From Chloroflexota bacterium (lineage in GTDB: Bacteria > Chloroflexota > UBA11872): a DNA stretch of 64,000 nucleotides. The stretch spans positions 59,528-123,527 of the forward strand of contig JAJDVX010000027.1 of assembly GCA_022825895.1 (NCBI GenBank), in the 5' to 3' direction. Position numbers and translations under genes: made by a program. This document shows, in pieces, positions 10,511-19,428 of this stretch (position 1 is the first letter of the stretch; every line of letters starts with the position of its first letter). The notes beneath the pieces were generated by a model. It worked only from the letters and a program-made list of their open reading frames with translations. It did no database searches and was not told the DNA's origin.

Positions 10511-10540
10511 TTGGCACCATAGTGTCTCAGGGTGTATAAT
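10511..10540 (+). promoter_or_regulatory. Sigma70-like promoter (TTGGCA-18 nt-TgTATAAT, extended -10)
   Basis: TTGGCA at 10511-10516 and TGTATAAT at 10533-10540 lie in an AT-richer stretch ~65 nt upstream of the 10606 ORF. Confidence 0.4.
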
Positions 10541-10605
10541 GAATCTGTAGCGGGATCGTGCTGCAGGTGATCCCAGTTCGATTTACTTGAGTTAGGAGAC
10601 TTTGG

Positions 10606-11127
10606 ATGCCTGGACAAGCCGAAGAGTTCTTTGAATTCGTCAGGAAAACACCCAACACGCCGGAAGGTGCCCAATGCATCGTGCAGGAAGGCCAGGCGAC
10701 GCTCAATGCGCTTGATTGGGAGATCACGCAGCAATTCGACCAGCGGCGTCGGGTGCGCAACCTTGTCATTCGATTCGCACAGATCGGACCGCTTCTGAAA
10801 GGCGAGTCGCTGCTAACCAAGGAAGAAATCAGGAAGGTTGCGGGACGACCTACGGCGTTGACGACAGGCGACAGCGTAAAGCAGGAGGTTTTGGATGTCG
10901 CCGCTGAAGCCGGAGACCCGGTAAGTGTGGCGGACATCGCTGAGGAGCTACGAAAACGCCTCTGGGGGCAGAGACTTCCGTGGTCCAACCCCCAGGCTGC
11001 CATCGGAACGATCCTCTACCAGTCTGGCGATTGGATACGCATGGAGCGTGGCGTTTTCACACGAAAGGTGGACGAGACTTCGCCGGATGACCTTCCGTTC
11101 CGAATGCGAAGCGGGACCCCTGGATAG
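10606..11127 (+). CDS. Hypothetical protein (lower-GC islet next to tRNA-Asn)
   Basis: 173 aa ORF with normal amino-acid composition, preceded by the promoter above. I recognise no family. Confidence 0.4.
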   Translation: MPGQAEEFFEFVRKTPNTPEGAQCIVQEGQATLNALDWEITQQFDQRRRVRNLVIRFAQIGPLLKGESLLTKEEIRKVAGRPTALTTGDSVKQEVLDVAAEAGDPVSVADIAEELRKRLWGQRLPWSNPQAAIGTILYQSGDWIRMERGVFTRKVDETSPDDLPFRMRSGTPG

Positions 11128-11161
11128 AAGCAACTGGCCAGGGGTCCCGCTGTGAATCCAT

Positions 11162-11235
11162 GCCCTCGTAGCTCAATGGTCCAGAGCAGGTGGCTGTTAA
11201 CCACCGCGTTGCGGGTTCGAATCCCGTCGAGGGCG
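11162..11235 (+). tRNA. tRNA-Asn (anticodon GTT)
   Basis: Cloverleaf: acceptor GCCCTCG/CGAGGGC, D-arm GCTCAATGGTCCAGAGC, anticodon loop CTGTTAA, T-arm GCGGGTTCGAATCCCGT. CCA is not encoded. Confidence 0.85.
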
Positions 11236-11468
11236 CTGAATCCGTCTGGCTGGTGGGGCGTAGCGGCCTCACCAGCCATAACGCCTGGAGTCGACGACTA
11301 CAGACGCGTACTCCGAGTATAGGGAGAAACATGTGGCCTCCGCAGAGTTCCCCTCGAGTACCAAATCTAGGGGCTCTGCCTGAGCAAGCAACATGACCGA
11401 CTGACAGCCCCCCATCCGTGCGTAACAATCGACCCAGCTTTGTGTCGCTTCACCAGGAGAGGTTTCCC

Positions 11469-12224
11469 TTGCAGTTCCCCAACCCCGTTCGGCAGAAAAT
11501 CCAGGCCGGCCAGCCTTCGTACGGTTCGTTCCTGAACCTGGTCTCGCCCATCGCCGCCGAGGCCCTCGTTGTGGCCGGCTACGAGTGGCTGGCCGTGGAC
11601 GTGGAGCACGCCCAGTGGGACATCGGCACCACCACCGAGGCCTTCCGCGCCATCGAGTCCCGCGGCGGCATTCCCATGGCCCGCGTGGAGTCGCACGACC
11701 CGGTCGTCCTGGCCCGCACGCTTGACGCCGGCGCCATGGGCGTAATCGTTCCGCACGTCAGCACGGTCGCGCAGGCCGAGGCCATCGCCGACGCCTGCCG
11801 CTATCCCCCGGTCGGCCACCGCTCCGCCGGCTCCGGCCGCGCCACCATCAACATGGCCGACCGCGACCGCATCAACGACGAGCTCCTGGTCTGCCCGCAG
11901 ATCGAGGACATGGAAGGCGTCAACAACATCGAGGCCATCATGGCCGTGGATGGCATCGACGTGGCCTTCATCGGGCCGAACGACCTGGCCATCTCCATGG
12001 GCCTCAACACGTCCGAGGCGTTTGTGGACGCCGACCACGTGGCCGCCATCGACGCGATCCTGGCCGGCGCCCAGGCCAACGGCAAGCCCGCCGGCACGCC
12101 GATTTCGGACGTGGCCAAGGCCCGTGAACTGGTCCAGCAGGGCTTCACCCTGATCGACTTCGGCAACGACCTGCGCATGCTCACCTCCGCCGCCAGCGAC
12201 GCCCTGGCCGGCATGAAGGCCTAA
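11469..12224 (+). CDS. HpcH/HpaI family aldolase (2-keto-3-deoxy-acid aldolase / citrate-lyase beta-like)
   Basis: Family-like N-terminus (VRQKIQAGQPSYGSFLNLVSP), catalytic region and PQIE. The TTG at 11469 is preceded by CAGGAGAGG at the right spacing. The ORF also opens at an ATG at 11418. Confidence 0.7.
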   Translation: MQFPNPVRQKIQAGQPSYGSFLNLVSPIAAEALVVAGYEWLAVDVEHAQWDIGTTTEAFRAIESRGGIPMARVESHDPVVLARTLDAGAMGVIVPHVSTVAQAEAIADACRYPPVGHRSAGSGRATINMADRDRINDELLVCPQIEDMEGVNNIEAIMAVDGIDVAFIGPNDLAISMGLNTSEAFVDADHVAAIDAILAGAQANGKPAGTPISDVAKARELVQQGFTLIDFGNDLRMLTSAASDALAGMKA

Positions 12225-12235
12225 CGCCGGCGGCC

Positions 12236-13255
12236 ATGAATTACGTCACCAACGACAAGGTCGCCGTAATGGGCGCGGCCGGCGCCGTGGGCTCCAACAT
12301 CGTGCAATCGCTGCTGGCCACCGGCGCCGCCAACCGCATTGCCATGTACGACCCCTTCGGCCCCGGCCTGGAGGGTGCGGCCGCTGAGATTCACCACTGC
12401 GGCTTCCCAGACGCCGAAGTCACCTGGACCACCGACGGGGCGGAAGCCCTGACCGACGCGGCCTATGTGCTCAGTTCGGGCGGCGCGCCGCGTCGCGAGG
12501 GCATGACCCGCGAAGACCTGCTGCGCGGCAACGCCGAAATCGCCGCCCAACTGGGTCGCGACATCGCCGCCAACGCGCCGGACGCCAAACTGGTCGTGAT
12601 CGTCTTCAACCCGGCCGACGTCACCGGGCTGGTCACCCTGGTGCACTCCGGCCTGCCCGCCTCCCGTGTCAGCACGCTGGCCGGCCTGGACAGCACCCGC
12701 CTGCAAACGAGACTGGCCGAGCATTTTGGTGTCTCCCAGTCCCGCGTCACCGGCTGCCGCACCTACGGCGGCCACGGCCAGGAAATGGCGCTGTTCAAGG
12801 GCGAGACACGCATTGACGGTGTTCACCTGAACGACGTCATCGCGGGCGCCGCAAACGTCAACGGCGTTGGCCTGGACGCCGATGGCTGGGCCGGCATCCG
12901 CCAGGATGTGCTGGACGGCGGCACGCGCATCATCAAGCTGCGCGGACGATCGTCTTTCCAGTCGCCCGGCCACCAGACGGCCATGATGGTTCACGCCGCC
13001 GCCGGCGGTTCGCCCTTCGAATGGCCCTGCGGCGCCTACCTGACCGGCGAGCCCTATTCGCACGTGATGATGGCCATGCCGGCGGAACTGGGGCCGGACG
13101 GCGTTGCCTGGTCCATGCCGCACGGCGACGATGCCGAGCTTGCGGAACTCGACGCCGCCTACGCTCACCTGCAGGCGCTGCGCGACGAGACCATCGAGAT
13201 GGGCATCATCCCGCCCGTTGCCGAATGGGCCTCCGTTAACCCCAACCTGGCCTGA
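12236..13255 (+). CDS. Malate/L-lactate dehydrogenase family (LDH/MDH-like)
   Basis: N-terminal Rossmann motif KVAVMGAAGAVGS. Catalytic-loop region GGHGQEMALF. Confidence 0.75.
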   Translation: MNYVTNDKVAVMGAAGAVGSNIVQSLLATGAANRIAMYDPFGPGLEGAAAEIHHCGFPDAEVTWTTDGAEALTDAAYVLSSGGAPRREGMTREDLLRGNAEIAAQLGRDIAANAPDAKLVVIVFNPADVTGLVTLVHSGLPASRVSTLAGLDSTRLQTRLAEHFGVSQSRVTGCRTYGGHGQEMALFKGETRIDGVHLNDVIAGAANVNGVGLDADGWAGIRQDVLDGGTRIIKLRGRSSFQSPGHQTAMMVHAAAGGSPFEWPCGAYLTGEPYSHVMMAMPAELGPDGVAWSMPHGDDAELAELDAAYAHLQALRDETIEMGIIPPVAEWASVNPNLA

Positions 13256-13261
13256 CCTCGG

Positions 13262-13720
13262 CTAGCTGAGGATCCGCAGCACCTCTTCGGGCATCAGCCG
13301 CCCGACGTTGGTGGCGCTGTACACGGCGTGCTCTACCCGGCGGTCCGCGTCCAGCACGAAGGCGCTGGCCTGGTGCGACTGCCGGTCTTCGTTGCGGTAG
13401 GCGCCCAGCGCGTCCACCGAGTCCGGGTAGGCAAGCTCGCCCACCAGCGGTACGTCCACCTGCAGGCGCTCGCGCGTTGCCGCGGCGTCCGCGGCCGAAT
13501 CGACCGACAGCCCCACCACCTGCACGCCCAGCGCGGCAAAGGCGTCCAGCACGTAGCTATAGGCGACCAACTGCCGCCGGCAATGCGATCACCAGTGGCC
13601 GCGGTAGAACAGCAGCACCGCCGGGCCGGCGTCCAGGTCGTCCGGAATGCGGGCCGGTCGGCCGTCGTCCCAGCGGCCCGTCAATTCGGGAAATGTGTCG
13701 CCCACGTTCAGTCGCGTCAT
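13262..13720 (-). CDS. Peroxiredoxin-like (Prx-like2 type) redoxin with in-frame TGA at the first Cys of the WCxxC motif; candidate selenoprotein, alternatively a pseudogene
   Basis: The ORF track splits this into two ORFs, 13589..13840 and 13262..13570. In one frame it reads MTRLNVGDTFPEL...LLFYRGHW-TGA-SHCRRQLVAYS...VYSATNVGRLMPEEVLRILS. Homologs of this subfamily carry FYRG.WCP.C, so the TGA at 13591-13589 sits exactly where the first Cys should be and the second Cys (HC) is kept, giving U-x-x-C. The ATG at 13720 is preceded by GGAGAGG. Confidence 0.5.
13562..13578 (-). promoter_or_regulatory. Candidate bacterial SECIS-like hairpin (GGCGGC-AGUUG-GUCGCC) starting 11 nt 3' of the in-frame UGA
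   Basis: mRNA (minus strand) reads UGA UCG CAU UGC C|GGCGGC AGUUG GUCGCC. This is a 6 bp stem (one G-U pair) with a 5 nt apical loop containing GU at +18/+19, inside the distance window usual for bSECIS. Confidence 0.3.
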
Positions 13721-13867
13721 GCCGGTCATCCTCTCCAGCGCGGCACCCGCAGCGTGGCGGCTCAGGAATCGTCGGTCAACTCTCGTCCGCCCGAGACGCT
13801 CCTCTTCCCGTCGCGGCTCCGGTCTGCCAGAATCGGACAATCCGTCAAGCCTCTGCGAGTGAACCCC

Positions 13868-14209
13868 ATGACGACTGACCAGCCCGCCATCACCGCCTAC
13901 CTCAAGCCCGTCTGCGGTTGGAGCGCCGGCGTCCGCGCCGTGTTCGACAAGTACAGCCTCGACTACGAGGACAAGGACATCATCAACGACGCGACCAACT
14001 ACTACGAGATGGTTGCCCGGAGCGGCCAGCCGCTCTCACCGTGCGTGGTCGTGGATGGGCGCATGCTGGCCGACGTCAGTGGCGAGGAAGTCGAAGCCTG
14101 GCTGGCCGACAAGGGCTACATCCAGCAAAACAACCTTCCCACCCCCGTCCCCATCGACCGCGCCTGCCCCGACGAACTCCACGCGGCGAGCGTCACCTTC
14201 GAGGGATAG
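13868..14209 (+). CDS. Glutaredoxin-like (thioredoxin-fold) small protein
   Basis: 113 aa. ITAYLKPVCGWSAGVRAVFDKYSLDYEDKDI is the typical glutaredoxin-family arrangement (Cys after beta1, then LDY..DI). It lies divergent from the Prx-like gene. Confidence 0.55.
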   Translation: MTTDQPAITAYLKPVCGWSAGVRAVFDKYSLDYEDKDIINDATNYYEMVARSGQPLSPCVVVDGRMLADVSGEEVEAWLADKGYIQQNNLPTPVPIDRACPDELHAASVTFEG

Positions 14210-14301
14210 TTCAAGGCGCCCGATAGGCGTCGTACGAAGCTCTTTGGATCGGGCTGCGGCCGTTCGTCCCGGGTTGGTGCGGCCGTGAAGCAGGTCTTGT
14301 C

Positions 14302-16824
14302 CTAGCCGCGCAGCTCCGCACCTAGTCGGTGCTGCAAGGCCCGCACTACCCGGTTGTGCGCTCGGTCGGCTTGCTTATCCGTCAGTGTCCGGTCCGGTGC
14401 GGCGTAGCTGAGGGCGTAGGCGAGGCTGCGTTTGCCGGGGGGGATTTGTTCGCCGCGATATTCGTCGAAAAGGCGGGCCGACTGAAGGAGTGGGCGGCCG
14501 GCGCGCACGATGGCGTCGGACACGTCCGCCTGCGTCACGTCGCCGTCAACCACGATCGCCAGGTCGCGCAGGGCTGAGGGGTACTCCGACCAGGCGCTGA
14601 ACCTGGGAGGGCCTGCGGAGGCTTCGCGAACGGCCGGCATGTCTACGAGCAGCGCCCAGGACCGCTCGTCCAGGTCGAAAGCCTCCGCCACCTCGGCGTC
14701 CACCTCGCCATAGGCGGCCAGGAGGCGGCCCCGGTAGGCAACGGCGGCAGAGGCACCGGACGCGAAAGTCGGGTGCTGAAGGTCGTCGTGGCTCGTCGCT
14801 TCTGCAGGCACGCCTGAACGAGACAGCAGCTCATCCACCACACCGCGCACGAACGGCAGTTCCACGGTGACGGTTTCGTTCCACCGGTCGGCGCTGACGC
14901 GTTCGCCGATCACGGCGGTCAGGAAGTTCGGTTCCTCGGGCAGGTCGCCGTCGCGTGCCAGGAACGAGGGCTGGTAGTCGAAGAGCAGCAGGTCGCGGTC
15001 AGCGTGCCGGCGGTTTGCGCGCAGGGTTTCCAGCATGGTGCCCAGGCCGGTCAGCCGCAGAACGTTCTCGTCCATCGAGAGCGGGTTGCGCAGGCGCAGC
15101 GGCTCGCGGTCCAGCGGCAGCAGCCGGTCGGTCAGGGAGCGTCCGGCGTCGTTCATGGCCGTCTCGCGAACCTCGGCCCATGCGTCGGCATCGCCGAGCG
15201 GCGAGTCCGGCGGAGCGTCCAGCAGGTCCGGCGGCACCAGCCGGGCCATGCGCGCTTCGCTGGTCAGCGCGTAGGTCACGCACTCGGCAAAGCCCAGGCC
15301 CGCCATGATGTCTCGTGCCTCGTCGTCGCGTTCGTCGATCTCTCCCGGCGCCAGGTCCATCACTTGTCCGGTCGGAAGCGTGTCCGGAATGCGCTCGTAG
15401 CCGACCAGGCGGGCCACTTCTTCCACCACATCCGCCGGCGCGGTCATGTCGCGACGCCAGAACGGCGGGGTCACGCGCAGCTCGTCGCCGTCCTCATCCA
15501 ACCCAAACTCCAGCGAACTGAGCGCCTGCCGTACCTCGCCACGGTCGTAAGCCACGCCCATCAGCCGCTCGATGCGGTCAAACTCCAGCGACACTGGTGT
15601 CGGATCCGATGGCTCGGGGTAGGCGTCGGCCGTCAGGAACTCGCCCCGGCCGGCGCCGATCTCCTCGATCAGTTGCACACAGCGCCGCAGTGCCAGCACC
15701 GTCAATTCGGGTGGCAGGCCTTTCTCGAAACGTCGCGAAGCCTCGCTCCGCAGGTTCAGGCGATGCGCCGTGCGGCGAATGCTGACCGGATCGAAGGTGG
15801 CCGATTCCAGCAGGACGGTCGCCGTCGTGTCGGTGACCTCGGTATCAAGGCCGCCCATCACGCCGGCCAGCGCCACCGGCCCCTCGGCGTCCACGATGCA
15901 CAGGGTCTCAGGCGTCAGCTCGCGGTCCTGGCCGTCCAGGGTTACCAGGCGCTCGCCCGGCCGCGGTGTGCGAACCCCGATGAAGCCGCCGCGCACCGTG
16001 TCCCAGTCAAACGCATGCAGCGGCTGCCCCAGTTCCAGCATCACGTAGTTGGTCGCATCCACGATCGTGCTGATCGGACGCACCCCCGCCTGTTCCAGCC
16101 GGTCTCTTATCCAGGCCGGCGACTCGCCGACCTTCACGTCATGCACGAGGGCGGCCGAATACCGCGCGCAGAGCGACGGATCGTCGATCTGCAGTTGAAC
16201 CGGCTGGCTCGGTCCATGCTCCCCCGCGCGGTCGTCAGGAATCGGCGAGCGCACCGGTGTCCCGTACAGCGCCGCCGCCTCGCGGGCGATGCCCAGCACC
16301 GAAAGCGCGTCGGGGCGATTGGCCTTGAGCTCGAACTCCAGCACTTCGCCGCCCAGCGCCTCCGCCAGCGGCCGGCCCAGTGGCGCGTCGGGATCCAGGA
16401 CCAGGATTCCCTCGTGGTCGTCGCTGATGCCCAGCTCCTTGGTGGAGCACAACATGCCGCGCGAGACCACGCCACGGATGCGCGTCGGCTTCAGCTCCTT
16501 CAGCACCGGCTCGTCGGCGTAGGGGTCCCAGAGCCGTGCGCCTGCGGGCGCGAAGGCAATCCGGTCGCCCGCCTCGAAGTTCCAGGCGCCGCAGACCACC
16601 TGGACTTCCTCGCTGCCCGTGTTCACGGTCGGCAGGTTCAGGCGGTCGGCGTTGGGGTGCGGGTCGATACGTACGACTTCGCCAACCACGATGCGGTCCC
16701 AGTGTTCACCGGCGCGGTGGATTGCGCCGACCTCGAAACCCGCATTGGTCAGCCGCGTGGCCACGTCGTCGACGGACGCCTCGATCCCCGTCAGCTCGCA
16801 CAGCCACTCGAAGGGAACGCGCAT
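14302..16824 (-). CDS. pheT: Phenylalanine--tRNA ligase beta subunit
   Basis: 840 aa. N-terminal MRVPFEWLCELTGIE...tRNA-binding domain, then B3/4 and B5 domains and a C-terminal FDV-like domain. Sits directly downstream of pheS. Confidence 0.92.
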   Translation of the reverse strand: MRVPFEWLCELTGIEASVDDVATRLTNAGFEVGAIHRAGEHWDRIVVGEVVRIDPHPNADRLNLPTVNTGSEEVQVVCGAWNFEAGDRIAFAPAGARLWDPYADEPVLKELKPTRIRGVVSRGMLCSTKELGISDDHEGILVLDPDAPLGRPLAEALGGEVLEFELKANRPDALSVLGIAREAAALYGTPVRSPIPDDRAGEHGPSQPVQLQIDDPSLCARYSAALVHDVKVGESPAWIRDRLEQAGVRPISTIVDATNYVMLELGQPLHAFDWDTVRGGFIGVRTPRPGERLVTLDGQDRELTPETLCIVDAEGPVALAGVMGGLDTEVTDTTATVLLESATFDPVSIRRTAHRLNLRSEASRRFEKGLPPELTVLALRRCVQLIEEIGAGRGEFLTADAYPEPSDPTPVSLEFDRIERLMGVAYDRGEVRQALSSLEFGLDEDGDELRVTPPFWRRDMTAPADVVEEVARLVGYERIPDTLPTGQVMDLAPGEIDERDDEARDIMAGLGFAECVTYALTSEARMARLVPPDLLDAPPDSPLGDADAWAEVRETAMNDAGRSLTDRLLPLDREPLRLRNPLSMDENVLRLTGLGTMLETLRANRRHADRDLLLFDYQPSFLARDGDLPEEPNFLTAVIGERVSADRWNETVTVELPFVRGVVDELLSRSGVPAEATSHDDLQHPTFASGASAAVAYRGRLLAAYGEVDAEVAEAFDLDERSWALLVDMPAVREASAGPPRFSAWSEYPSALRDLAIVVDGDVTQADVSDAIVRAGRPLLQSARLFDEYRGEQIPPGKRSLAYALSYAAPDRTLTDKQADRAHNRVVRALQHRLGAELRG

Positions 16825-16827
16825 GGC

Positions 16828-17850
16828 TCAGCGCAACTGCCGGAGGAACCGCAGGTCGTTGCGGTAGAAGGACCGGATGTCGGTTACGCCGTACTTGAGC
16901 ATGGCAATGCGCTCCACCCCCATGCCGAAGGCGAAGCCCTGGTACACGTCCGGGTCGTAGCCCACGTCGGCCAGCACCTTCGGATGCACCATGCCGGAAC
17001 CCAGGATTTCGATCCAGCCGGTCCCGCCGCACACCGGGCAGCCGTCGCCGTTGCAGGCGTGGCAGGACATCTCGGCCTCGGCGCTTGGTTCCGTGAACGG
17101 GAAGTAGCTGGCGCGAATCCGCAGCTCGCGGTCGGGTCCGAACATGGCCCGCACGAAGTAGGTCAGCGTCCCGCGCAGGTCGGCCATCGTGATGTGCTTG
17201 TCGATGGCAAGGCCCTCCACCTGCATGAACTCCGCTTCGTGCGAGGCGTCGCGGTCCTCGTAGCGGTAGACCTTGCCGGGCACGATCACCCGAACCGGCG
17301 GCCGGATCTGCTCCATCACCCGCGCCTGGACCGGCGACGTGTGGGTGCGCAGCAACAGCTCCCCCGGCCGGGCCTTGTCGTCGATGTGGAACGTGTCCCA
17401 CATGTCCCGCGCCGGGTGGTCCGCCGGGATGTTCAGCAACTCGAAGTTGTAGCGATCCCACTCCACCTCGGGGCCGCTGACGGCCCGAAAGCCCAGCGGC
17501 GCCAGCACGCGGCGAATCTCCCGCAGGGTTCGCGTCAGCGGGTGCAGGCTGCCCAGTCGCACTGGATACCCGGGCATGGTCACGTCCACTTGCGCGCCGT
17601 CAGCGCCGCGACGCAGTTCGGTCTGGCGGGCCTCCAGGGCCTCTTCCAGCTCGCGCCGCGCCGCGTTGGCCGCCTGGCCGGCTTCGCGACGCTCTTCGCG
17701 CGGCAGGCTGCCGACCGAACGCAGCAACCCGGTCAGTACGCTGCGCCGCCCCAGGTGGGTGACGCGCCACTGCTCCAGCGCCGCGTCGTCCGCGGCGGCT
17801 GCAAGCTCGGCGCGTGCGGAGGTCAGCAGGGCGTCAAGTCGCTCTTGCAC
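16828..17850 (-). CDS. pheS: Phenylalanine--tRNA ligase alpha subunit
   Basis: 340 aa. Class II aaRS motifs are present (HPARDMWDTF, FRPSYFPFTEPSAE, GFAFGMGVERIAML). Confidence 0.92.
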   Translation of the reverse strand: MQERLDALLTSARAELAAAADDAALEQWRVTHLGRRSVLTGLLRSVGSLPREERREAGQAANAARRELEEALEARQTELRRGADGAQVDVTMPGYPVRLGSLHPLTRTLREIRRVLAPLGFRAVSGPEVEWDRYNFELLNIPADHPARDMWDTFHIDDKARPGELLLRTHTSPVQARVMEQIRPPVRVIVPGKVYRYEDRDASHEAEFMQVEGLAIDKHITMADLRGTLTYFVRAMFGPDRELRIRASYFPFTEPSAEAEMSCHACNGDGCPVCGGTGWIEILGSGMVHPKVLADVGYDPDVYQGFAFGMGVERIAMLKYGVTDIRSFYRNDLRFLRQLR

Positions 17851-17857
17851 CGGTGGG

Positions 17858-18637
17858 TCAACTCTGGGGGATTGCCGCGCGCTGCCGCGCGGCCTCGAAC
17901 AGGATAACGGCGGCCGCGGCCCCCGCGTTCAGCGACTCGACGCCGCGGAGCATCGGTACGCCCACGGCTTCCCGGCAGGCGGCGCGCCAGGCGTCGGATA
18001 CGCCGCGCGTCTCCGCGCCCACCACCAGTCCGCAAGGGCCGGTCCAGTCAATACCGTGATAGCCACGCTCGGCGTCGGCCGCCGCGGTGTAGAAGGCAAT
18101 GTCTTCCGCCAGCGGCTCCAGGTCCGCAGGGGTGGCCGCGTCTCGAATTGGTACTCGGAAGTGTGCGCCCACCCCAGCCCGCAGAGCCTTGGGTCCGAAG
18201 GGGTCGGTGCTCCCCCGCGTGCGAACGATCAGCGTCGCTCCGGCGGCCGCGCCCGATCTGACCAGCGTTCCCACGTTCCCCGGGTCCTGCACGCCGTCGA
18301 TCACCAGGACCAGCGGCGTGCCTTCAAGCTCGGCGACCTGCGGTCGGTGTCCAACCGCCACGATGGCCTGTCGCGACGCACTGTCGGCGGCCGCGGTCAG
18401 CACGTGCGGCGCGGCCGTTAGTACCCGCGCCCCGGCCTCCGCCGCCGCGTCTGCTGCCAGCTTGATGTCGGGCTTGGGGTAGTCCGCAACCAGGACGGTC
18501 TGGAGAACGCCGGCTTGGGCGGCTTCCATCACCAGGCGCGGACCTTCCAGCAGAATCAGCCCGTCGCGCTGCCGAACCGACGCTCGATGCAAGCGGCGCG
18601 CCAGCGCCACCTGGGGATTCCGAACGCTGGTAATCAT
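17858..18637 (-). CDS. TrmH/SpoU family RNA 2'-O-methyltransferase
   Basis: 259 aa. SPOUT motifs: LVLVIDGVQDPGNVGTLVRSG and MLRGVESLNAGAAAAVILFE. Confidence 0.8.
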   Translation of the reverse strand: MITSVRNPQVALARRLHRASVRQRDGLILLEGPRLVMEAAQAGVLQTVLVADYPKPDIKLAADAAAEAGARVLTAAPHVLTAAADSASRQAIVAVGHRPQVAELEGTPLVLVIDGVQDPGNVGTLVRSGAAAGATLIVRTRGSTDPFGPKALRAGVGAHFRVPIRDAATPADLEPLAEDIAFYTAAADAERGYHGIDWTGPCGLVVGAETRGVSDAWRAACREAVGVPMLRGVESLNAGAAAAVILFEAARQRAAIPQS

Positions 18638-18671
18638 GGCGGGAGTGGCCCCGCGCCGGGACTACGCCGCC

Positions 18672-19025
18672 CTAGGCCGCGGCCCGGGCAGTGTCGGCCA
18701 GAGCTTCGAAGGCCGCCGGCTCGTTGGCCGCCAGGTCCGCCAGTGCCTTCCGGTCCAGCGTGACGTTCGCGGCCTGCAAGCCACGGATGAACGTGCTGTA
18801 GGTCAGCCCGTGCAGGCGGGCGCCGGCGTTGATGCGCATGATCCAGAGGCGCCGCATCTGCCGCTTCCGAGCCCGCCGGTCGCGGTAGGCGTACTGCCGC
18901 GCGTGCATGAGTTCCTCATGCGCGGCACGGAAGTGCCGGCTGCGCGCGCCGCGGTGGCCGCGCACGGCCTTCAGCACCTTGCGGTGTCGGCGGCGCTTGG
19001 TTACACCGCGCTTAACACGAGCCAT
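18672..19025 (-). CDS. rplT: 50S ribosomal protein L20
   Basis: 117 aa. [19 protein letters not shown]...[13 protein letters not shown] matches L20 throughout. Confidence 0.92.
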   Translation of the reverse strand: MARVKRGVTKRRRHRKVLKAVRGHRGARSRHFRAAHEELMHARQYAYRDRRARKRQMRRLWIMRINAGARLHGLTYSTFIRGLQAANVTLDRKALADLAANEPAAFEALADTARAAA

Positions 19026-19034
19026 TGGTCTGCC

Positions 19035-19232
19035 TCAGTTCGACGCCAGCAGGCGTTCCGCCTGCCGTCGCTGCCCCGGCGGCAGCGAATGTTCGTGATT
19101 CTTTGCCCGGCGGGCGCGACGGCTCTTGCGCCGCCGATAGGGACCGGCCCACGACTTGGACGACGTGATTTTGCCGCGCCGCGTGCGGCGCAGACGCTTG
19201 ATGGCTGCCTTACGGGTTTTAAGTTTGGGCAT
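19035..19232 (-). CDS. rpmI: 50S ribosomal protein L35
   Basis: 65 aa, very basic. MPKLKTRKAAIKRLRRTRRGK... ends ...RLL, which is L35-like. It lies immediately upstream of rplT. Confidence 0.85.
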   Translation of the reverse strand: MPKLKTRKAAIKRLRRTRRGKITSSKSWAGPYRRRKSRRARRAKNHEHSLPPGQRRQAERLLASN

Positions 19233-19428
19233 CGGGGGACAAAAAGGACGCGACGCACGGAAACGGCGTCGCGCTTACGCAGAGCTTAACACAGGTTACT
19301 GGGGGACTGTTCGCCCGGGTTGAATCTGTTGCCAGCCCCGGTGCGCGCTGCTTAGGCTGAACGAGCCCTTTTCCGCTTGCCGCCCCGTCGAGGAGCCGGC
19401 GCGGAACTAGTCACCCCTCGGCCGCTGC

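Noticed and set aside
15004-17907. 967 aa ORF on the + strand
   Set aside because: It lies antisense to pheT and pheS, whose homology is unambiguous. Its composition is Arg/Ala/Gly/His-rich and it has no recognisable domains. This is the usual mirror-frame artefact of a ~70% GC genome. The same applies to 2191..3096(-), 4098..4802(-), 6820..7473(-), 20499..21326(-), 22315..22956(-), 27835..29229(-), 36401..37009(-), 41054..41926(-), 45101..46644(-) and similar.
19233-19428. Expected infC upstream of rpmI-rplT
   Set aside because: There is no IF3-like ORF. The space is a divergent promoter region shared with a metallophosphoesterase gene. infC must be elsewhere. An L20-binding leader may exist but I could not verify it by eye.
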